Position numbers and translations under genes: made by a program | Shown: positions 45,836 to 53,549 of the stretch, in pieces | Position numbering within the stretch: the first letter of the stretch is position 1 | How the letters are laid out: every line of letters begins with the position of its first letter | The notes under the pieces: model-generated | The model's input: only the letters and a program-made list of their open reading frames with translations | The model's database searches: none | Told to the model about the DNA's origin: nothing | Origin: an uncultured Ktedonobacterales bacterium | Lineage (GTDB): Bacteria; Chloroflexota; Ktedonobacteria; Ktedonobacterales; JADMIN01 | Direction: 5' to 3' | Assembly: GCA_964427535.1 (NCBI GenBank) | Contig: CAYRVF010000006.1 | Coordinates: forward strand, 3,945-67,944 | Length of the DNA: 64,000 bases

Positions 45836-46129
45836 ATGGCCACCCGCATCTACGTCGGCGGTTTGCCGTACTCGACGACCGACGACCAGCTTCTCACCCT
45901 CTTTAACGCGTACGGCGAGGTCACTGAGGCCACAGTCGCAGTGGACCGGCAGACTGCCCGCTCCAAGGGCTTCGGGTTCGTGCAGATGCCCGATGATGCC
46001 GCCGCCTCCACCGCCATCGCCCAACTCGATGGACACATGATGGACGGCCGTTCCCTCCGCGTGAACGTGGCCCAGCCCCGCAGCGACCGTCCGAGGAGTG
46101 ACAGCGATTCTCATACACGCCGCTGGTAA
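45836..46129 (+). CDS. RRM-domain RNA-binding protein
   Basis: ORF 45836..46129 with GAAGGAGAG upstream. RNP2 IYVGGL and RNP1 KGFGFVQM, with an Arg/Ser/Asp-rich tail. Confidence 0.9.
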   Translation: MATRIYVGGLPYSTTDDQLLTLFNAYGEVTEATVAVDRQTARSKGFGFVQMPDDAAASTAIAQLDGHMMDGRSLRVNVAQPRSDRPRSDSDSHTRRW

Positions 46130-46244
46130 TCCCTGCCCGCCACGATAGCTGGCGAGCGGCGTCCACGCGTCCGGCATCCGGTGGGGGCGGCGCGCCCCTA
46201 TCCTCGTCCTCGCCGTCCGGGCGCACGCTGAAAGGACGGCGCAT

Positions 46245-46517
46245 ATGATACCTGCCCCTGAGCCGGCGACGTGCAGCGTCAAGGAGTGCGGACAGCCGGC
46301 CGCGCAACCGTGCGACGGGTGCGGGAGACCGTATTGTGACCAGCACCTCGTGCGGCTCACCCTACAGCGCCGCACGGAGCCGGACAGGGTGGCGCGCGAC
46401 TTATTGGACCTCAGGCGTGTCCCGAGCCAAACCGAGACCTACCTCGTCTGCCCCCACTGTCACAAGAAGCCGTTCGCCGGCAAGGTGCCACGGTTCGTTA
46501 GCTCGCGAAGTGAGTAG
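46245..46517 (+). CDS. hypothetical Cys-rich small protein (putative zinc-binding)
   Basis: ORF 46245..46517 with AAGGA upstream. C-x4-C-x7-C-x2-C-x4-C-x2-H and a later CPHC. Confidence 0.45.
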   Translation: MIPAPEPATCSVKECGQPAAQPCDGCGRPYCDQHLVRLTLQRRTEPDRVARDLLDLRRVPSQTETYLVCPHCHKKPFAGKVPRFVSSRSE

Positions 46518-46566
46518 CGGGGACCGCCGAGGCGTCGGGCGCCATCACATGAAAGCCGGAGGTGCT

Positions 46567-46812
46567 ATGAAAGAGCTGGAATTGGCGGATACCACGGATG
46601 CCCTCCGTCTGCGCGTGGAGGAGCTGGAGGCCAAGGTCGAGGCGATGCGACCGATCGTCGTGCGGATGGCCGAGGCGCGTATGTGCCGGGACTCGGTCAC
46701 GATGATCGAGTCGTGCCCCCATTGCAGCCTCAAGCGTGGCGGCAAGTTTGGCTACGCGGGGAAGCACGACGACAGCTGCGTCGTCTCTCAGGCGCGGCGA
46801 CTGGGCTTCTGA
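46567..46812 (+). CDS. hypothetical small protein (coiled-coil N-terminus, CPHC motif)
   Basis: In frame with ORF 46336..46812. ATG 46567 is preceded by GGAGG. LRLRVEELEAKVEAM, then C...CPHC...C. Confidence 0.4.
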   Translation: MKELELADTTDALRLRVEELEAKVEAMRPIVVRMAEARMCRDSVTMIESCPHCSLKRGGKFGYAGKHDDSCVVSQARRLGF

Positions 46813-47055
46813 TCCCTCGCCGATCCTCTGGCCCTCCTGACGCTCGCTCAACCCCTCACTGGGCCGCCCTCGTCTGGCTGAGCATAGCCGTGCACACTGC
46901 ATCCTCGTCGTCTTCCCGTATCAGCCATACCTGTAACGCGTGCCGTACCCCCTGGGGTATCCACCGGCTCATCTCGCGCGAGCACGATACCGACATCCGC
47001 TCTCAGCTGGCATGAGAGGGTACAGATGGCGTCTTAAGGACGGCCCCACGCGAAG

Positions 47056-47092
47056 TCGTAAACGGCAAGCCGTGGGTTCGAGTCGCAGCGCC
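47056..47092 (+). other. non-functional partial copy of tRNA-Thr(CGT), anticodon loop to acceptor strand
   Basis: TCGTAAACGGCAAGCCGTGGGTTCGAGTCGCAGCGCC matches tRNA positions 33845-33880 at 31 of 36 positions. The T-stem and anticodon stem cannot pair, and there is no 5' half. Confidence 0.55.
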
Positions 47093-47121
47093 AATACGTG
47101 ACTCGCTGACCTTGCTTCAGA

Positions 47122-48018
47122 TCAGCTTCGGCCTCTGGCGGCTGCGATCAGCTCCCGCAGCATCCGCTCCATCGCGCCGATGCCAATCGAGAGATGCCCT
47201 TCGCCAGCTTCTAGGTGCGCTACGACGCCCGGGATGCGCTCCGCCAGCCATCTGCCGTGGTCGGCCGGCACCATCAGATCGACGGAGCCCTGCCACAACA
47301 GGGTCGGCACGGCGACCTCGCCGAGTGAGAATCCCCATGGCTTTACGAATGCCAGGTCGTCGTCCAGCCAGCCGTCCACGCCGGTGCGCATCGCCTCGCG
47401 AAAGCCAGCGGCCATGTCCTCCCCCACCGCACCAGTGAGCACCGCCCGGTCGACCGGCGGAAGGATGGTATTCAAGGCGGTGACAACATCTGCCGCGGTG
47501 GCCTCGCGGAGCTGCTCGCGTTCCTTATCGAGATACGGTCGCAGCGCCGCCTCTCCCTGCATCGCTGTGCCGAACTCGACCACGTTCTCCTCGCCCATTC
47601 CTGCCATCCAGTCGAGCCCCTCAGCCGGGTAGGGCGCCACACCCGCGATGATGAGGGCCGCGTCGACGCGGTCGGCGAGCCGGGCGGCGCACGCCAGCGC
47701 ATGCGGGCCACCGCCAGACCAGCCCGCGACGAGGCACCGATCGGCCCCGATCACGTCCAGGACGGCCGCCGTGTCGGCGACGACATCCACCACGCGGCGG
47801 CCCGCATGGCGCGTGGAGTCGCCATAGCCAGGTCGCGAGGTGGTCAGGAAGCGCAGCCCCAGACGGTGCGCGGCATCTGTCATCATCCGGATCGGCACAC
47901 GTGCGCCAGGGGTACCGTGATGGAACACCAGGACCTGACCGTCAGGCGGCCCGCTCTCCAGCACATCAATTGAGCGCCCATCAGCTAGTCGAAGCTGCCT
48001 TTGTGTCGCGGTATCCAC
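47122..48018 (-). CDS. alpha/beta hydrolase
   Basis: ORF 47122..48018 (GTG start). HHGTPG oxyanion region, nucleophile elbow GWSGGG, and a C-terminal His region (GEGHLS). Confidence 0.85.
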   Translation of the reverse strand: MDTATQRQLRLADGRSIDVLESGPPDGQVLVFHHGTPGARVPIRMMTDAAHRLGLRFLTTSRPGYGDSTRHAGRRVVDVVADTAAVLDVIGADRCLVAGWSGGGPHALACAARLADRVDAALIIAGVAPYPAEGLDWMAGMGEENVVEFGTAMQGEAALRPYLDKEREQLREATAADVVTALNTILPPVDRAVLTGAVGEDMAAGFREAMRTGVDGWLDDDLAFVKPWGFSLGEVAVPTLLWQGSVDLMVPADHGRWLAERIPGVVAHLEAGEGHLSIGIGAMERMLRELIAAARGRS

Positions 48019-48289
48019 CCATGGCCCCTTTCACCCTTGCCCACATTTCCAAACACCGAGTCGGAAGAAACCGTATTCCAGAGAGACGCGCTGGGGCGAG
48101 CCTCCCATACGAACACTGTACCTGAAGAGCGGCTAGCCTGTCGCGCGCCTCGTATGGGAGCCGCCGGCGACGCAACCGGACACGCGAGGCCCCGTAGTTG
48201 CGAAAAGCGAAGCTTACATGCTAAACAGGGTGCGGGCGAGGCGCGCGACGTGGCGTAGTCGCTCGAATCGCCGCGGGAGGAGCATACCG

Positions 48290-50932
48290 ATGTCGTGGAT
48301 CTCACTTGCTGAGCGAACAGCGGGACTGCCCCTCATCCTCGCGGGTCCGATCCTCCGTCGGGTTGACGCGGAATCGGTCACGGTCTGGGTGGCGCTGCGT
48401 GAGCCGCGCCGCGTGACGCTGCGAGTATACCCGTGGGACGCGGCGACGGGCCGCGGGACAGCGAGGCTAGCCGGTTCACGGCAGTCAGTGCGGCTGAGCG
48501 ACGGGCTGCACATAGTAGCCGTCACGGCGCGGGCAGCGGACGCGAGCGGCGCCGTCGAGGCAGACAGGCTTTACTGCTATAACCTCTTCTTCCAGGATGC
48601 GTACAGGCAGGGCGTTGCACGCGACGGCGATGCTCCCAGCCTGCTCTCACCGGGCGTGCTCGTGCGCGACCCCGAGACCGCCAGCGAGGTCGAGCGGCTC
48701 GTCTATCCAGGAATGCTCCTGCCGTCGTTTGCGTCCTCCGCGACCACGCTCCAGCGAGTACGCATCTTCCACGGGTCATGCCGGAAGCCGCATGGGGTGG
48801 GCAGAGACGCGCTGGCGACAGTGGACCTCGTGCTCGCGAAATCGGCGAGCGATCTCCGCACCCGTCCGCAGCAACTCTACCTCACCGGCGACCAAATCTA
48901 TGCCGACGATGTGGCGACACCGTTGCTCCCCGTCCTGATGGATGCGGCGCAGACCCTGGTCGGGGCAGAGCAGCTTCCTGGCGTGCCACCCGACATGCAC
49001 GTGATGGCGCCAGGCCAGCGGACGACTGTGGTACGAGACGTCGCGAACTTCACGACCTCGACGCCCGAGAACCACCTGCTGACACGCGGCGAGTATCTGG
49101 CGATGTACCTCTTCACCTGGTCCGACGTGCTCTGGCCGCCCGAGCTACCCTCGATGGAGGAGATGTGGCAGGCCTATCCGCTGACCTGGCCAGCGGACGC
49201 GGACGAGCGGCAGCGGGTAGAGGACCGCTGGCAACTGGAGATGCGCGAGCTGGCGGACTTCCGCGAGACGCTGCCACGGGTACGGCGAGCGCTGGCGAAC
49301 GTGCCGACATATATGGTCTGCGACGACCACGACGTAACCGACGACTGGTATCTCGACGGCGCCTGGTGCGCCAGGGTGTTGGGCAGTCCGCTTGGGCGGC
49401 GCATTCTCCGCAACGCGCTGTATGCCTACGCGCTCTGTCAGGCCTGGGGCAACGATCCCGAGCAGTTCGCGGGGCCAAACGGCCGGTCGTTCCTGGATGT
49501 CGTGGACCGCTGGCGAGGTGATGCGGACAACGGGGAAGACGATGCTGACGCGGCCCTGCTCACCGAGCACCTGGGAATCCCTGAGGAGTTCGCGGGCGGG
49601 GGCACGTTGCCGCGCACCGAGCGCGCGCTGCGCTGGCACTATACGGTGGAGACGCCCGCCTACCGCATGCACGTGCTCGACGCGCGGACGCGGCGTGTGT
49701 ACGATCATCCAGACGCGGCGCCCGGCCTGCTTTCAGAGGAGGCGATGGCGGAGCAGATCGGCGACCCACTCCCCGGCGACACGCGGCTGACATTGTTAGT
49801 GGCGCAGACCCCTGTGCTGGGCGTGGATATCGTCGAGAAGATCCAGATGCTCAGCCTGGACCACTATGCCTACGACCGCGAGTCGTGGTCGCTCAACCGC
49901 CGCACCTACCAGGCACTCATGCGGCGGCTGGCCCGCTTCGGGCGCGTCGTGATCCTCTCGGGCGACGTGCATTACGGCTTCGGCTCGACGATGGAATGCT
50001 GGGAGCAGGCGGCGGACGGCACGAGCGGTCAGGGGACAGCGCAGCGCTCGGCCATGATCGTGAACTTCACTTCCAGCGCGTGCAAGAATGCCGCCGCAGG
50101 TGTGCAGAAGGCGTTGCTCACGGTGGTGTATCCGCACCTATTCCACCTGCTGAGTCAGGGACGCATGCCGCCGGTTGATCTGCTCGCCTGGAATGAGGGG
50201 ACACAGGCGAACGCCGACGCACTTGCCGCGGCGACACGTGCCGTTAGGCGCGGCGCACTCGCCGTGTGGTGGTCGATGCCGCGTGCCGCGACGCTGCTTC
50301 GCTTTCCCTCGGCGCTGCTCCTTCCGGCGCATGGCTGGCCCGCTCGCACATTCGACCAGGCGCCGCCAGCGCGACGGATGCGGCTGCGCTACCTGCGCGA
50401 CGTATGCAAGCCGATCACACCCGCGGAACCGGAGGATGAGTCGGTGAATCCTCGGGCGGCGCTGGAGGCGTTGCGGGCGGCGCACGACACCCACGTGCGC
50501 GAGACGGTGGCGGCGCTCAGCGGTGAGGGACATGTCGACACAGAGGCTGCGCTCGAAGCGACGCGAGTGCTGGGGTCGAGTCAGCATCCGCACCCCATCC
50601 CGGTGAGTGTGACGCAGCGTCTCCTGGAGTTGGCTCGCTCGACCTTCGGCGACGGGCACCCGCTGCGCGACCGGCTGGACGCGAGCCTCAGTCACCTGCT
50701 CCACACCTCGATCGCGCACCCCGAACTCTGGGCGAGTGTGTGGTCGGACGGCGACCTGCATATCGTGGGCGACGCGAACATCGGGGATATCCGCTTCGAC
50801 GAGGAGGGCCAGGTCGCAGTGCAGCGACTGTGGTGGTATCCTCCCGACGTCCCCGGCGGCCCGCACCCCGCGACGGAGTATCGCGCCAGCCTCGCGCCAC
50901 CCGCACAGTCCGACGAGCCACCTCTGCCGTAG
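48290..50932 (+). CDS. large PhoD-like metallophosphoesterase family protein (divergent)
   Basis: Same frame as ORF 48218..50932; start ATG 48290 (GGAGGAG upstream). The N-terminal ILAGPILRRVDAESVTVWVAL resembles the PhoD N-terminal domain. Metallophosphatase-like motifs LTGDQIYADD, MVCDDHDVTDDWY and ILSGDVHYG. No signal or Tat peptide. Confidence 0.6.
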   Translation: MSWISLAERTAGLPLILAGPILRRVDAESVTVWVALREPRRVTLRVYPWDAATGRGTARLAGSRQSVRLSDGLHIVAVTARAADASGAVEADRLYCYNLFFQDAYRQGVARDGDAPSLLSPGVLVRDPETASEVERLVYPGMLLPSFASSATTLQRVRIFHGSCRKPHGVGRDALATVDLVLAKSASDLRTRPQQLYLTGDQIYADDVATPLLPVLMDAAQTLVGAEQLPGVPPDMHVMAPGQRTTVVRDVANFTTSTPENHLLTRGEYLAMYLFTWSDVLWPPELPSMEEMWQAYPLTWPADADERQRVEDRWQLEMRELADFRETLPRVRRALANVPTYMVCDDHDVTDDWYLDGAWCARVLGSPLGRRILRNALYAYALCQAWGNDPEQFAGPNGRSFLDVVDRWRGDADNGEDDADAALLTEHLGIPEEFAGGGTLPRTERALRWHYTVETPAYRMHVLDARTRRVYDHPDAAPGLLSEEAMAEQIGDPLPGDTRLTLLVAQTPVLGVDIVEKIQMLSLDHYAYDRESWSLNRRTYQALMRRLARFGRVVILSGDVHYGFGSTMECWEQAADGTSGQGTAQRSAMIVNFTSSACKNAAAGVQKALLTVVYPHLFHLLSQGRMPPVDLLAWNEGTQANADALAAATRAVRRGALAVWWSMPRAATLLRFPSALLLPAHGWPARTFDQAPPARRMRLRYLRDVCKPITPAEPEDESVNPRAALEALRAAHDTHVRETVAALSGEGHVDTEAALEATRVLGSSQHPHPIPVSVTQRLLELARSTFGDGHPLRDRLDASLSHLLHTSIAHPELWASVWSDGDLHIVGDANIGDIRFDEEGQVAVQRLWWYPPDVPGGPHPATEYRASLAPPAQSDEPPLP

Positions 50933-51239
50933 CGCACTCGCTGCTTGGCCACTCAGTTCCACCTGCTCTTCCGCGCAGCATGTCGGTTGCTTGATATGTT
51001 GGGCCGGAGGCTCGTGCAGGCACAGTTCCCGCGCTTGCTCACCGCCGCTCCGTAGCGCTACTTCAGCGGATAGTCGCGTGGGTATTCCTCGGAGGCGTTG
51101 ATGGCACATTTTCTGCAGACCGTCATCACTATCGGGTGGGATATGCCCGGTGGCTGCTCCATCCGACGTGTGCTTCCGATTGAAGCGATACTGCCCGTAC
51201 CTTTATCCGTTATCCGCGTAGTGTGGTGGGCAGTATCAG

Positions 51240-51279
51240 CACAGGCCCTGAGGGGTTACGCCGACCCTCAGGGCCTGTG
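51240..51279. terminator. 15-bp perfect hairpin between convergent genes (candidate bidirectional terminator)
   Basis: CACAGGCCCTGAGGG (51240-51254), 10-nt loop, CCCTCAGGGCCTGTG (51265-51279). Confidence 0.5.
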
Positions 51280-51399
51280 TGTGTGCCGCTGAGCGCTTCC
51301 GTAGCACACACGCTCCGACAACCCGCCGCCTCTCCATTGACCTCAGCTTGCCGCCCATCGTGTCCCATACACGTGCGCCGACGTGCCTCACGGCACGAG

Positions 51400-52776
51400 T
51401 TAGGCGGCGAGATGGCGATCAAGACCATCGCGATCATAGTGCCGCGCGGCGGGCGCAGAGGAGACACGACACACCTGCGTCGGCTCTGTCTCCTTCCACT
51501 CCTCGCTCCCCTCGGTCTCCTCCGCGGTATCCTGCCGAGCATTCCACAGGAGCCAGCCGCGACCCAGCACACGCGGGTCTTGTGCGCCCACTCCCGCCAG
51601 CAGCGTGTCCTCGTCATCCTCCAGCTCATGGAGCGAGACGGTCATGGTGACGGTCTCCAGCCCGACTGCCGGTTCCGGACCAGAGACCTCAGATGACGCG
51701 CTGAGTGCCGAGGTGACCGTGATGGCCTCCAACGCCGATGGGCATGGCCGTGGCGTGGCAGGCGCAGGCGCCTGTACCAGAGACCGCACCTGCGCGCGAA
51801 GCTCAGACTGGAGCACCAGCCCCACCACCAGCGCCAGCGCGAACGAGGAGCCGAGCGCGAGCGTGCGGTCGAGCAGCATCACGCCCACGGCGGCGCTCTT
51901 GCCGACGCCGATCCCCAGCGCGAGGAAGACGCCCACACCGCCCAGTTCCGTCGAGCCGAGATCCATCGGCAGCGGAATGACGGTGGCGAATGCGAGGCTG
52001 AAGCAGTACACCGTCAGCGCCTGGCCCACCGTCACCTGCGTGAGTCCGAGTCCCCAGGCGAGCACTGCCAGCCCCAGCCCACCCAGCGCGAGGTACGTCG
52101 CGCTCAGCAGTGCGGCGGGCAGCAGCACGCGTAGTCGCAGCACCTGCGCGCCGCCCGCGCGGAACTGCCGTAGCTCCTCCTGAGCGGCTCGCACGCGCGG
52201 ATGCCCTGCGAACCGAGCGGGCAAGTGCAAGGCGCTCGTCGCGGCGGACCTCGCGCGGACCCAGGCGAGCCAGCGCACGCACAGCCAGACGAGCAGCGCG
52301 AACGCGGCGAGGCCGCCTACGATGAGCGGCCGCAGCCAGCCCCAGGCAGGCACGCCGAGCACCACCAGCCCGAGGAGCGTGAGCGCCACCTCCAGCAGGT
52401 TGATGGCGAGCGTCACGGAGGAAGCCAGGCCGAAATCGGTCCCCTGCGAACGACGCAAGACGTAGTCCGGCACGAAGTTGCCGATTGGCAGGCACTTCAT
52501 CACCTCGCCGGTCACATACGTGAGCACCTGTGTTCGCGGCGGAACGCGAATCCCCAGCGCGCGCAACAGGAAGCCCCATTGCAGGCAGCGGACGACCTCA
52601 TACGCCAGCAGCACCGCTACGAACGCCGCCAGGAAGCGCGGCTGGAAGCGGCCGAGTTGCGCCGCCACGTCATGCACATTCCCCATCGCCAGCAACGCCA
52701 TCAGTAACACGCCGCCCACCACCACCGGCAGCACGACTCGTGGACGGAACACCCATCGCAGCGCTGAACGCACCAT
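51400..52776 (-). CDS. lysylphosphatidylglycerol-synthase-TM-region-like (flippase-like, UPF0104) membrane protein with acidic C-terminal extension
   Basis: ORF 51400..52776. About 8 hydrophobic segments. N-terminal pattern LLAFVAVLLAYEVVRCLQWGFLLRALGI...TYVTGEVMKCLP. The last ~130 aa are soluble and Glu/Asp-rich. Confidence 0.72.
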   Translation of the reverse strand: MVRSALRWVFRPRVVLPVVVGGVLLMALLAMGNVHDVAAQLGRFQPRFLAAFVAVLLAYEVVRCLQWGFLLRALGIRVPPRTQVLTYVTGEVMKCLPIGNFVPDYVLRRSQGTDFGLASSVTLAINLLEVALTLLGLVVLGVPAWGWLRPLIVGGLAAFALLVWLCVRWLAWVRARSAATSALHLPARFAGHPRVRAAQEELRQFRAGGAQVLRLRVLLPAALLSATYLALGGLGLAVLAWGLGLTQVTVGQALTVYCFSLAFATVIPLPMDLGSTELGGVGVFLALGIGVGKSAAVGVMLLDRTLALGSSFALALVVGLVLQSELRAQVRSLVQAPAPATPRPCPSALEAITVTSALSASSEVSGPEPAVGLETVTMTVSLHELEDDEDTLLAGVGAQDPRVLGRGWLLWNARQDTAEETEGSEEWKETEPTQVCRVSSAPAARHYDRDGLDRHLAA

Positions 52777-52986
52777 ATGGCTTCCCCGCTTCCCGCTCGT
52801 GTTTGGCCGATCTCGCGCCGGCCAGTTCCGGTATCCGCTCCCTCATCTATTCTTTTTGAGGGGTGCGGGCCGGTCAGCGCTGGGGGGCAATGTGCTCCTG
52901 CCACACAGCGCGATGAGCGAAAAACAGGGAAGCCACCAAATGGACTGCGGGACAAGCCTGTCGAGCTGGCGCCTTGGCACACACGT

Positions 52987-53253
52987 CTAGCGGTCAATGC
53001 CAAGGCGGGCCAGCGCGCGTGTCAGCTCATCGGTGGTGTCAGGGCTGGGTGCGGCGCTCTTCCGGGCCAGTGCACGTGCCGCCTCGTTGCTCTCGACAAC
53101 GGAGGAGTGTGACTGTGACGGCGCGGCCGCCCCCAATTGCGTCGCGGTCCTCCCGCAGGCCGAGAGGCCACTCACCGCGAGCAGCAAGCCAAGAAGACTA
53201 GCGAGCACGATCCGGTTCAGCTTCACCTTCGTGTCATACAGCATCGTCCGCAT
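52987..53253 (-). CDS. small putative lipoprotein
   Basis: In frame with ORF 52987..53412. ATG 53253 (or 53244) precedes the signal peptide IVLASLLGLLLAVSGLSAC, which carries a lipobox. Confidence 0.5.
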   Translation of the reverse strand: MRTMLYDTKVKLNRIVLASLLGLLLAVSGLSACGRTATQLGAAAPSQSHSSVVESNEAARALARKSAAPSPDTTDELTRALARLGIDR

Positions 53254-53549
53254 GGGGATCTGCCTTCCTGTCGCCCTCGCGACAACTGATGCTCCGGTGG
53301 CCCCTGTGGGACCCCTCCTCGAAAACGCCATCAATCTGTGACCAGTGTGCGTGGCAACAGGAATCCAGGCCACCGACAACTCGTACAACGCCTCCGACAA
53401 TCGCTCGCACAATTACCGAGCATCGCGTTGATGGGGGGGTAGCCGCAGTGGTATCATGGCGGCTAAGTTAAGCGGGACGTGGATGTGGCGTGGCGGGACC
53501 CTGGCTCCTGTTGGTTGCGGCCAAACAGAGTGGAAAGGGGACCAGCACC

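Noticed and set aside
47010-47095. Possible second tRNA gene, or tRNA-Sec given the nearby selD
   Set aside because: Only the 3' two-thirds resembles tRNA-Thr. The T-stem (GTGGG versus CGCAG) and anticodon stem do not pair, and there is no acceptor 5' strand and no TCA anticodon. Treated as a tRNA fragment.
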